The position numbers and the translations under genes were made by a program. This document shows, one piece after another, positions 7,497 to 15,843 of a DNA stretch of 20,205 bases. Below the pieces are notes generated by a model, which was given only the letters and a program-made list of their open reading frames with translations, searched no databases and had not been told where the DNA came from. The stretch is from Flavobacteriales bacterium (GTDB lineage Bacteria; Bacteroidota; Bacteroidia; Palsa-965): positions 1 to 20,205 of the forward strand of contig JBEIPA010000048.1 in NCBI GenBank assembly GCA_040377305.1, read 5' to 3'. How positions within the stretch are numbered: the stretch's first letter is position 1; every line of letters begins with the position of its first letter.

Positions 7497-9293
7497 ATGA
7501 AACAATTTTTCGGCTCCATGCTTGGAGCAATTGTCGGTGTTGTAATTGCTACAGTCATCGCCGTATTGATTATTATCGGTGCAGTATCCTCCGCTTTCGA
7601 AGATGACCGGGTTGTCAAAGTCAAGAACGAGTCTGTTCTGGAAATAGCATTGAAAGGTCCGATTGTTGAACGCGATCCAAAGAGTCCGTTTGCGAAATTC
7701 GCCGGGTTCAACGATGAGAAAAAACTTGGCCTTGACGCAATTGTTGAAGCCATCAAGCGTGCGAAAGACGATGACAAGATCAAAGGCATCTTTCTGAACA
7801 CAGAAGATATCGACGCCGGAATGGCTACCGTGGAAGAAATCCGCGTGGCACTTCTTGATTTCAAAACTTCAAAGAAATTCATTTACGCATACGGAGAATC
7901 GTATTCGCAGAAGGGATATTACCTCGCAAGTGTTGCCGATCAGGTTTATCTGAATCCGCAAGGTGGACTGGACTTCAAAGGCATTGGTGGACAAATTATG
8001 TTCTACAAGAAAATGCTGGAGAAGTTGGACATCAACGTGCAGATTTTCCGTCACGGGAAATTCAAGAGTGCAGTTGAACCATTCGATCTTGAGAAGATGA
8101 GTGATGCAAACCGTTTGCAGACGATGACCTACATCAATGCCATGTGGAATCAGATGCTGACAGGAATTTCTGCAGAGCGTGGAGTTTCGATTGATGAGCT
8201 CAATGCGATTGCAACGAATCTTGAAATCAGAACAGCGAATGATGCAGTTACTAAAAAACTCGCCGACGATGTATTGTATTATGATGAAGTTGTTTCGGCA
8301 TTGAAAACAAAACTCGGCAAGAAAGAAACCGATAAGCTCGAAACAATTTCATTGTCAAAATACATCGACGCCGGAGACAATCCCTCTGACGACGATAAAG
8401 ATGTGGTGATTTCGAAAAACAAAATCGCGGTAATCTACGCAGTAGGAAGTATTGAAAGCGGCGAAGGCGATGATGAGACAATTGGTTCCGATCGCATTGC
8501 AAAAGCTATTCGCGACGCACGTGAAGACAGCACCATCAAAGCAGTTGTGTTGCGCGTGAATTCTCCGGGCGGAAGCGCATTGGCGAGCGATGTAATCTGG
8601 CGTGAAGTAACGCTGTGCAAAGAGGCGAAACCTTTTGTCGTATCTATGGGCGATGTTGCTGCATCCGGCGGATATTACATTGCCTGTGCAGCTGACGTTA
8701 TCGTTGCAGAGCCGAATACAATCACGGGTTCTATCGGCGTTTTCGGATTGATTCCTGATGCAGGCACTATGTTCAGTGAAAAATTCGGAATTACAATCGA
8801 TACGGTGAACACGAACAAGAATGCAGGCATCGGATCAATTTTCCGTCCGGTAAACGAACTCGAAGCACAAGTCATTCAGCAAGGTGTTGAAGATGTTTAT
8901 CTCACGTTCATTACACGTGTTGCTGATGGACGCGGAATGGCAATTGCCGATGTAGACAGCATTGGCCAGGGACGTGTGTGGGCAGGAACAGATGCATTGC
9001 GTATTGGACTCGTTGATACACTTGGAACATTGGACAACGCAATTGCAATCGCAGCGCGTCTCGCAAAGCTTGGCGATGATTATCGCATCAGAAAATTGCC
9101 GGTGCAGAAAGATCCGTTCGAAGAATTCTTCAAGGGTAATGGAGAAGATGTGAAAGCTAAAATGACTGAAGCCTTCATGGTTCAGCAACTGAGCGTTTTC
9201 AAAGAACAATATTTCGTGTTCCGTAAAAGCCAGGTGTTACTAAATGCGAAGGGTGTACAAGCCCGCATGCCGTACGACATTATTGTTGAATAA
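7497..9293 (+). CDS. sppA: Signal peptide peptidase SppA (protease IV, 67K type)
   Basis: N-terminal TM, YYLASVAD, GKFKSAVEP, LRVNSPGGSALAS, SMGDVAASGGYYI, TGSIGV and GQGRVWAG. Confidence 0.97.
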   Translation: MKQFFGSMLGAIVGVVIATVIAVLIIIGAVSSAFEDDRVVKVKNESVLEIALKGPIVERDPKSPFAKFAGFNDEKKLGLDAIVEAIKRAKDDDKIKGIFLNTEDIDAGMATVEEIRVALLDFKTSKKFIYAYGESYSQKGYYLASVADQVYLNPQGGLDFKGIGGQIMFYKKMLEKLDINVQIFRHGKFKSAVEPFDLEKMSDANRLQTMTYINAMWNQMLTGISAERGVSIDELNAIATNLEIRTANDAVTKKLADDVLYYDEVVSALKTKLGKKETDKLETISLSKYIDAGDNPSDDDKDVVISKNKIAVIYAVGSIESGEGDDETIGSDRIAKAIRDAREDSTIKAVVLRVNSPGGSALASDVIWREVTLCKEAKPFVVSMGDVAASGGYYIACAADVIVAEPNTITGSIGVFGLIPDAGTMFSEKFGITIDTVNTNKNAGIGSIFRPVNELEAQVIQQGVEDVYLTFITRVADGRGMAIADVDSIGQGRVWAGTDALRIGLVDTLGTLDNAIAIAARLAKLGDDYRIRKLPVQKDPFEEFFKGNGEDVKAKMTEAFMVQQLSVFKEQYFVFRKSQVLLNAKGVQARMPYDIIVE

Positions 9294-9320
9294 CAGAAGA
9301 TTTGATTGAGATGAACAATA

Positions 9321-9352
9321 TAAAAGGGTGTGAATTGCTTCACACCCTTTTA
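9321..9352 (+). terminator. Intrinsic terminator
   Basis: taaaagggtgtgaa-ttgc-ttcacaccctttta, a 14-bp stem downstream of sppA. Confidence 0.85.
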
Positions 9353-9503
9353 CATTAATCGGCACTATCCCGCCAATTCAGCGATAAAACTCATTGTCGG
9401 GGAGTAATTCACAATCCACTATTCATAATCGGTTGCCCGCTGACTGTAATATGGCTTATCGTCAAAGCGAATTGCCTATTTTTGAATTCACAAATCTACC
9501 CTC

Positions 9504-11018
9504 ATGAAGAAAATTCTATCCACTCTTTTCATTGCTTTCACTTCAGTCGCTCTTCAGGCGCAGTATACACAAACGACCATCGTAACAGGTATCAATGCTC
9601 CGGTAGCATTTGACATTGCACCCGACGGTCGCTTCTTCGTAACCTCGAAAGGAGCCTATGCATATCCAACTACAGATGCAACTATCCGTGTGTGGAGCTC
9701 AACCGGCACTGCACTTGGAATATTTTATGATCTCACTGATTCAGTTGATGGTGATTTCGAACGTGGACTATTAGGAATTACCCTTGATCCTAATTTCACT
9801 ACAAACCATTTCGTTTACGTGTACTACGTCTACACCGATGATCCAATCAACGGTGGTGGAGATCAGCGCATCCGTATTCAGCGTTTTACCGAAGTAAGTA
9901 ATGTGGGTACCAATCCTACGATCATTTTCGATCTTGATGTAGCAGACAATTTGCCTGGCAACCACTTTGGCGGAAACCTTCACTTCCGTCCGTCAGATTC
10001 ATTGAATATTTATTTCGCCATTGGTGACCTGGCTTATCAGCAAGGCAATGCAACTTTGAATTATGCAAACAAACTGACCAATCCTTTCGGAAAAATATTG
10101 CGCGTTGGAAAAGATCCGGTACCTGCTGGCTATGATGTTCATGGCAATGGCACTATTGGATGCAATGTTCCTACTGACAATCCATATTATGATGATGGAT
10201 TGCCGCTCACAAATAATTGCGACATCATCTGGTCATACGGTCACCGCAACCCTTTCGATTTCTGCTTCGCACCCACTACAGATTCCTTGTACATTTCTGA
10301 AAACGGGTGGAACACATGGGATGAAATAAACATGGGCCACAAAGGTGCATTCTATGGTTGGGCAAATTGCGAAGGCTTCTACAATAACGGTTCAACTTCA
10401 ACATTGTGTACAACAGTTGATACTGATCCTATCGAAGATTGGGGAACACCACTTCCTGCGGTAACCGGAATTCTGTTTTACAGCCACACGTTGATGCCGG
10501 AGTTTGATAACCACGTTTTGGTTGCCGACAACGACTACGGTCGCGTGTATGACATTACACTTGGCAACGCCCCGGTGTATGATGCATTCGTTTCACGTGT
10601 ACAATGGATGGACATGACTACAACTGGCGGTCTCACAACTTTGAAGCAAGGTGCAGATGGTTGCGTGTACGCAATGAAAGGTGGTTACACAACGAACGGT
10701 CAGATCTATCGTGTTTGTCCTACAGGAATGGGAACACCTGAATTCAACCTCTACAATTTTCATTTGGGTGAATGTTATCCGAATCCTACAACCAACACGA
10801 CTACGATCACTTACAAAATGCAGACAGAATCAGATGCAACTATCACGCTTTACGACATCTTTGGTCGCGAAGTAGCTGTACTTGCAAACGGAATGCAGGC
10901 TGCTGGTGATCACCAACTCGTAATTGACACGGAAGCGCTCGGATTGAGTGCTGGTGTTTACTACTGCAACATGGTAAGCGACGGAATGGTTCAGAGCCGT
11001 ACGCTTGTTGTTGAATAG
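9504..11018 (+). CDS. PQQ-dependent glucose/sorbosone dehydrogenase-family beta-propeller with T9SS type A C-terminal sorting domain
   Basis: Signal peptide, ERGLLGITLDPNF..N..VYVYY, HFGG, GKILR, YGHRNPF and DEIN. CTD motif YPNP…YDIFGREV…LSAGVYY. Promoter box TATTTTTG at 9477-9484. Confidence 0.9.
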   Translation: MKKILSTLFIAFTSVALQAQYTQTTIVTGINAPVAFDIAPDGRFFVTSKGAYAYPTTDATIRVWSSTGTALGIFYDLTDSVDGDFERGLLGITLDPNFTTNHFVYVYYVYTDDPINGGGDQRIRIQRFTEVSNVGTNPTIIFDLDVADNLPGNHFGGNLHFRPSDSLNIYFAIGDLAYQQGNATLNYANKLTNPFGKILRVGKDPVPAGYDVHGNGTIGCNVPTDNPYYDDGLPLTNNCDIIWSYGHRNPFDFCFAPTTDSLYISENGWNTWDEINMGHKGAFYGWANCEGFYNNGSTSTLCTTVDTDPIEDWGTPLPAVTGILFYSHTLMPEFDNHVLVADNDYGRVYDITLGNAPVYDAFVSRVQWMDMTTTGGLTTLKQGADGCVYAMKGGYTTNGQIYRVCPTGMGTPEFNLYNFHLGECYPNPTTNTTTITYKMQTESDATITLYDIFGREVAVLANGMQAAGDHQLVIDTEALGLSAGVYYCNMVSDGMVQSRTLVVE

Positions 11019-11198
11019 ACGACAGACTACAGTCGGGAGACGGGAGTAGTCTAAAAGTAAAAGAGTAAAAAAGAGTCGTGAGTTTCACGGCTCTTTTTTG
11101 TTCCACGATAACGAATCACTCCCGTCTGTCGTCTGTGGATTGAATTCCATCGAGTCATCTCAAATTTTCTCCCGTCTGTCGTCTGTCGTCTGTCGTCT
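11017..11198. repeat. Inverted heptamer arrays (AGACGAC / GTCGTCT) flanking a terminator
   Basis: agacgac agactac agtcggg agacggg (11017-11044); cccgtct gtcgtct (11121-11134); cccgtct plus three gtcgtct (11171-11198). Confidence 0.88.
11067..11099 (+). terminator. Intrinsic terminator
   Basis: aaaaaagagtcgtga-gtt-tcacggctctttttt. Confidence 0.85.
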
Positions 11199-11216
11199 GA
11201 CCCTTACCTTTACCGC

Positions 11217-11948
11217 ATGTCAGAATCAATCACTCCTTACGGCACCGCTGCTGATAAAAAAGAGCAAGTGGCGGAGATGTTTGATCACATTGCTCCCAAA
11301 TACGATTTACTGAATCAGGTTCTTTCACTCGGCATTCACAAAGCCTGGAGAAGAAAAACCGTGAAGACACTTGCAGCGCTGAAACCAAAAGTGGTGATGG
11401 ATGTAGCCACGGGCACCGGTGATCTCGCAATTGAAGTGGTGAAGCAATTGAGTCCGGAGAAAGTGTACGGTGTAGATATTTCTGCCGGCATGATGAAGCT
11501 CGGTGAGCAGAAAGTGAAAGAGAAAGGTCTCGACAAGATCATTTCTTTTCAGCTTGGCGACTCTGAAAATCTTCCGTTCGAAAACAATACGTTCGATGCA
11601 ATTACTGTTGGATTCGGCGTGCGCAACTTCGCACATCTCGAAGTTGGGATGCGTGGAATGTATAACGCACTGAAGCCCGGCGGAATGTTGGCTGTGCTTG
11701 AATTCTCGAAGCCACACAAATTTCCGATGAAGCAACTCACAAACTTCTACTATCGCTTCATACTTCCGTTGATTGGTCGCATGGTGTCGAGTGATAAACG
11801 GGCTTACACCTACTTGCCGGAGTCAATTCAAGCCTTTCCGGAAGGACCGAAATTTCTCGAGGTCATGAAATCTTCCGGGTTCAAAGACGTAAAATGGCAG
11901 CCGTTGACATTTGGTGTAGCCTCAATTTATACGGGCATCAAAAAATAG
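11217..11948 (+). CDS. ubiE: Demethylmenaquinone methyltransferase UbiE/MenG
   Basis: KKEQVAEMFDHIAPKYDLLN..LSLGIH..WR, SAM motif DVATGTGD, GFGVRN, LKPGG…LEFS and AYTYLPESI..FP. Confidence 0.96.
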   Translation: MSESITPYGTAADKKEQVAEMFDHIAPKYDLLNQVLSLGIHKAWRRKTVKTLAALKPKVVMDVATGTGDLAIEVVKQLSPEKVYGVDISAGMMKLGEQKVKEKGLDKIISFQLGDSENLPFENNTFDAITVGFGVRNFAHLEVGMRGMYNALKPGGMLAVLEFSKPHKFPMKQLTNFYYRFILPLIGRMVSSDKRAYTYLPESIQAFPEGPKFLEVMKSSGFKDVKWQPLTFGVASIYTGIKK

Positions 11949-11956
11949 ATCCGATT

Positions 11957-11985
11957 GGCAACCTTTGGCACTTATTAACGCCTTA
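11957..11985 (+). promoter_or_regulatory. Possible ECF-like promoter GGCAAC-N16-CGCCTTA upstream of porT
   Basis: A spacing and sequence variant of the two TGTAAC/CGTCTTA sites. A primary -7 box TATCTTTG is also present at 12093-12100. Confidence 0.4.
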
Positions 11986-12119
11986 GAAGTATCGGTCAGA
12001 AAATTTACCCTTCAACTTACTAGTCAAAATTGCGTGGCGGTTTCATGGAAGCGCGGTCTCCGACCGACACCACGAAAATCGCAGCAATAAAGTATCTTTG
12101 AACCCGTTAAATTAATATC

Positions 12120-12827
12120 ATGAAACTGATCAGAATCTGTTTACTACTCGCCTGCTTTGCCGCTATACAAGTGCCAGCTGACGCACAACAACAGCGTGGA
12201 GGACAAAATCGCCATGAATATTACGGCGATCCACTACACTTCGGTTTCTTCCTCGGAGTTAATCGCACAAATTTTGTTGTCGTACCAACACAAGCCTGGC
12301 CCGATTCTTTGAAATCTGTTCTATCAAAACCTCACAGTGGATTTGACCTCGGAATTGTTTCTGAGTTGCGCATAATGGAATATGCGTGTGTTCGCTTCAC
12401 ACCTGAAATTGCATTCGGCTCCCGTAGTCTTGAATACAGTTACATGGGAGTCGATACGAACGTCATCGAAAAGAAAATTGAATCGACATGGCTCAACTTT
12501 CCGTTGTTGCTTAAAATTCGTTCGAAGCGACTGAACAACATTGCGGCATACATGATCGGTGGTGCCCGTTATACATTGGATCTTGCATCGCAGAAAGACG
12601 CGAACAATACTGCAGGACAGGAAATCATCAAACTCTATAATCACGACTTTGGTTTTGAAGCCGGAGCCGGAATCGATTTCTTCCTACCGTATTTCAAATT
12701 CGGAATTGAACTTCGCACAGGACTGGGAGTGAAAAACCTCCTCGTCAAAGACAACACGCAATATTCCAATGCCGTGGATGTCTTGCGATCCAAAGTGTTT
12801 CTCATCGCTCTTACATTCGAAGGGTAA
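12120..12827 (+). CDS. porT: T9SS outer-membrane beta-barrel PorT/SprT family
   Basis: LHFGFFLGVN, GFDLGIVSELR, RFTP…FGSRSLEY, IESTWLNFPLLLK, G.GIDFFLPYFKFGIELR and terminal FEG. The ubiE-porT adjacency is typical of Bacteroidota. Confidence 0.85.
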   Translation: MKLIRICLLLACFAAIQVPADAQQQRGGQNRHEYYGDPLHFGFFLGVNRTNFVVVPTQAWPDSLKSVLSKPHSGFDLGIVSELRIMEYACVRFTPEIAFGSRSLEYSYMGVDTNVIEKKIESTWLNFPLLLKIRSKRLNNIAAYMIGGARYTLDLASQKDANNTAGQEIIKLYNHDFGFEAGAGIDFFLPYFKFGIELRTGLGVKNLLVKDNTQYSNAVDVLRSKVFLIALTFEG

Positions 12828-12833
12828 ACTGAG

Positions 12834-14471
12834 ATGGTACGCCAGCTTCAACTGGTCCTTTCTCCGTACGATGCCGCATCCGACTCACTCGTGCGTGGCA
12901 TTGCTGCTGATGAATTGGGCATAGCACAGGAAAGAATCTCCGGTTTCAAAGTGAAAAAGAAATCCGTGGATGCACGTTCTCGTCGCATTCGCGTGAATCT
13001 TTCAATCGAAGTATATATCGATGAACCTGTGCAGGAAATCAAACTGCAATGGGAACCACACGACGTTTCGAAGGCAGAACCGGTGATTGTAATCGGTGCT
13101 GGTCCTGCAGGATTATTCGCAGCCTTGCGATTGATTGAACTCGGGAAGAAACCAATTATTCTTGAACGCGGAAAAAATGTGCGTGATCGTCGACGCGATT
13201 TAGCAGCAATCAACAAATTACATCTCGTAAATCCCGATTCGAACTATTGTTTCGGAGAAGGTGGTGCAGGAACGTATTCCGACGGAAAATTGTACACGCG
13301 TTCGAATAAACGTGGTAATGTGCAGGAGATTCTCGAATTGTTTGTTGCGCATGGTGCTGATGAAAGTATTCTCTCCGAAGCTCATCCGCATATTGGGACG
13401 AATAAGTTGCCGGATATAATCGTTGCCATGCGTGAGAATATCATCAAGTCGGGTGGCGAAGTGCATTTTAATACACGAGTTGTTGATTTCGTTATCAAAG
13501 ACAATCGTGTTACTTCAGTTGTCGCATCGCGCGCTGTCCATTCCGAAATTGTGGATTCCGAAATTCCGAGCATTGCGGAATCTCGAAATCTCGAAATCAC
13601 GGAATCCTTTGAGGCAACGTCGATACTGCTAGCAACAGGCCACTCTTCCCGCGATATCTTCGAACTCCTTCACGCGAAAAATATTCTCATCGAATCGAAA
13701 CCGTTCGCAATGGGTGTGCGTGCAGAACATCCGCAGGCGTTGATCGACTCTTTGCAATATCACTGCGGCATCAACGAAGTTGAAATGACACGAGAATATC
13801 TTCCTGCTGCATCGTATTCTCTCGTTCACCAGGTCGATGGAAAAGGAGTTTATTCTTTCTGTATGTGTCCGGGTGGAATTATTGCACCATGCGCTACTGC
13901 ACCGGGAGAAGTAGTGACCAATGGTTGGTCGCCCTCGAAGCGAAATAATCCGTATGCAAATTCCGGAATTGTAGTTTCTGTTGAGCCGAAAGAATTGGCA
14001 CAGTATGAACAGCACGGACCGCTCGCCGGATTGCGTTACCAGCAGGATCTTGAAAAAATGGCGTGGGTTGCAGGAGGGAAAACGCAAGCGGCACCAGCGC
14101 AAGCATTGCAGGATTTTGTGAACGGAAAACTATCCAGCAAACTTCCCGATTGTTCTTATCAACCCGGAACAACATCTGCGCCTTTACATGAGCTTCTTCC
14201 CTACTCCATCGGCAAACGATTGCAGGAAGGGTTCAAAGTCTTCGGACAAAAAATGCGTGGATATCTCTCCAACGATGCACTGATTGTAGGAGTAGAGTCG
14301 CGCACATCGTCACCAGTCCGCATTCCCCGCGATCATGAGAAACTACATCATCCCCAGATCACGAATCTTTATCCGTGCGGAGAAGGGGCTGGTTATGCAG
14401 GGGGAATTGTAAGTGCGGCTATTGATGGCAGAAAGTGTGCTGAAGCGATTGCTAACCACATAGGATCATAG
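12834..14471 (+). CDS. Uncharacterised NAD(P)/FAD-dependent oxidoreductase (COG2509-like)
   Basis: VIGAGPAGLFAA, FGEGGAGTYSDGKL, ATGHS, FCMCPGG, GVESRTSSPVRI and GEGAGYAGGIVSAAIDG. Contains a repeat-derived in-frame insertion. Confidence 0.92.
   Translation: MVRQLQLVLSPYDAASDSLVRGIAADELGIAQERISGFKVKKKSVDARSRRIRVNLSIEVYIDEPVQEIKLQWEPHDVSKAEPVIVIGAGPAGLFAALRLIELGKKPIILERGKNVRDRRRDLAAINKLHLVNPDSNYCFGEGGAGTYSDGKLYTRSNKRGNVQEILELFVAHGADESILSEAHPHIGTNKLPDIIVAMRENIIKSGGEVHFNTRVVDFVIKDNRVTSVVASRAVHSEIVDSEIPSIAESRNLEITESFEATSILLATGHSSRDIFELLHAKNILIESKPFAMGVRAEHPQALIDSLQYHCGINEVEMTREYLPAASYSLVHQVDGKGVYSFCMCPGGIIAPCATAPGEVVTNGWSPSKRNNPYANSGIVVSVEPKELAQYEQHGPLAGLRYQQDLEKMAWVAGGKTQAAPAQALQDFVNGKLSSKLPDCSYQPGTTSAPLHELLPYSIGKRLQEGFKVFGQKMRGYLSNDALIVGVESRTSSPVRIPRDHEKLHHPQITNLYPCGEGAGYAGGIVSAAIDGRKCAEAIANHIGS
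13540..13607. repeat. Octamer tandem array (ATYYCGRA) inside the CDS
   Basis: attccgaa attgtgg attccgaa attccgagc attgcgga atctcgaa atctcgaa atcacgga atcc. Confidence 0.8.
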
Positions 14472-14667
14472 CCCTTTGTTTTCTTGGTGGGCGAAAGAAA
14501 TACATAGTTCACAAGAGGATCGCTACGCGATATTACATTCCAAGGTCAATTTCCTATTCTATAAAGTCATGCTTCTAGCAAATTAATATCGCTTAGCGAT
14601 ATTTCTCGTGTGTTCTCTGATCGCGTAGCGCCTTAAGAAGTTTCGCAAACTATGTTCCTATGTGTTT
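14454..14667. repeat. Composite palindromic element (MITE/REPIN-like)
   Basis: Terminal IRs aaccacataggatcatag and ctatgttcctatgtgttt (16/18 match). Inner IR cgctacgcgat (14521-14531) with atcgcgtagcg (14620-14630). Palindrome aatatcgct-t-agcgatatt at 14585-14603. Confidence 0.75.
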
Positions 14668-14675
14668 CAAAAAGC

Positions 14676-14707
14676 GAGATCCCCGTGTGCCCTAACACGG
14701 GGATCTC
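14676..14707 (-). terminator. Intrinsic terminator for the DUF4476 unit
   Basis: 13-bp perfect stem gagatccccgtgt / acacggggatctc, followed on the minus strand by gcttttt. Confidence 0.8.
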
Positions 14708-14816
14708 TAATGCGACCTGGAAAAACGCTACATAAAACCAGGCCTTATAAACTGCGGTGAGCGGTAACTCATCCCGTCAGTTATGTTGTGTCAGGATTCC
14801 ACTCCTGACTTAATGC

Positions 14817-15674
14817 TTATCCGGCGAAACCAGTAATGTACTCTGTCAGTTCTCTGCTGCTGCTCGGGAAATCGAACGCGTTGTTCACGAGATAATAATT
14901 TCCTTTATCAATCACTTTCGCATACAACACTTTTGCAGCTGTTACTTTGTTGCTCTCGAAGTCGAACAGACTCACCAACTGCGTTACTTGATTTGTCGAG
15001 AAGTGATTATTCATCATCGCCATTCGGAGAATGCTCAACTTATCACTATCAAATGTCTTGCCATCGATTGTTGCTTTCAGCAATTCAAAATCTGTACTAG
15101 CCATTGCTTGTGGTCCGAGTGGAGGCCATCCCCAAGGAAAACCTTGTCCCATTCCACCACCATTGTTGCTTCCGTTCTGTCCACCTTGTCCAAGAATTCC
15201 AAGAATGTATTGGATCAAAGGAATGATAGACGTAACCCCGAGTTGCGCACGATCGGAATTCACTGCTGTTACACGCGAAGCTTCCGGAACGTTCACAAAA
15301 CCGTCGTATAAAACTTCAGGAGCCATAGCTCTGCCCGTCGCGGATCCACCAACTGAAGGCTTTGTAAGTTGAATGCGGTGATATCCTGGTGTAAGATCTG
15401 TAAGTGTAAATGACCTCGCAGGAGCCCCTACATTCATTCCATCCAGCATTACAGCGAACATGGATGAATCGGCGCGTGAAATAAATAACTCCGAATTGAC
15501 AATCGGTTCTCCGGTGATTGGATGAATTGCCGTTTGTGTACTACCTGAGGAATTTGCGCTTGCAGATGGTTGACCTGAAGAGTTTGTATTTGCTCCCGGT
15601 CGCGGTTGTTGCGCTACGAGGGAAAAACTGATTGCTAAAAGTGCAATGGAGAGAAGTGTGCATTTAATCTTCAT
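14817..15674 (-). CDS. Exported protein with C-terminal DUF4476 domain
   Basis: Signal peptide from ATG 15674 and low-complexity linkers. C-terminal MASTDF..LK…FDSDKL…FSTNQV…LFDFESNK…AK.LY…DK.NYY.V..AFDF.SS..EL.EYI. Confidence 0.82.
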   Translation of the reverse strand: MKIKCTLLSIALLAISFSLVAQQPRPGANTNSSGQPSASANSSGSTQTAIHPITGEPIVNSELFISRADSSMFAVMLDGMNVGAPARSFTLTDLTPGYHRIQLTKPSVGGSATGRAMAPEVLYDGFVNVPEASRVTAVNSDRAQLGVTSIIPLIQYILGILGQGGQNGSNNGGGMGQGFPWGWPPLGPQAMASTDFELLKATIDGKTFDSDKLSILRMAMMNNHFSTNQVTQLVSLFDFESNKVTAAKVLYAKVIDKGNYYLVNNAFDFPSSSRELTEYITGFAG

Positions 15675-15748
15675 ATAGGTATCCTCCTTTCTCAAGTGTC
15701 CGTTTCAAATCGGTTTGAGAGATTGTTTAGGTTTCTTGTAGAGTACAT

Positions 15749-15764
15749 TTCAAGAGGTGTGCCA
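15749..15764 (-). promoter_or_regulatory. Sigma54 (RpoN)-like -24/-12 promoter
   Basis: The minus strand reads TGGCACACCTCTTGAA, i.e. GG-N10-GA against the consensus TGGCAC-N5-TTGC. Confidence 0.6.
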
Positions 15765-15843
15765 GAAAACGAAAAAGTAGTAGAACACACGGAATTCGCG
15801 AATAAGTGGAGTCTTTGTACTTGCAAGCGGCATACTTCTCCAG

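Noticed and set aside
9504-12827. Dedicated T9SS substrate-plus-PorT module
   Set aside because: A terminator and ubiE separate them, and T9SS cargo genes are usually scattered, so proximity is likely incidental.
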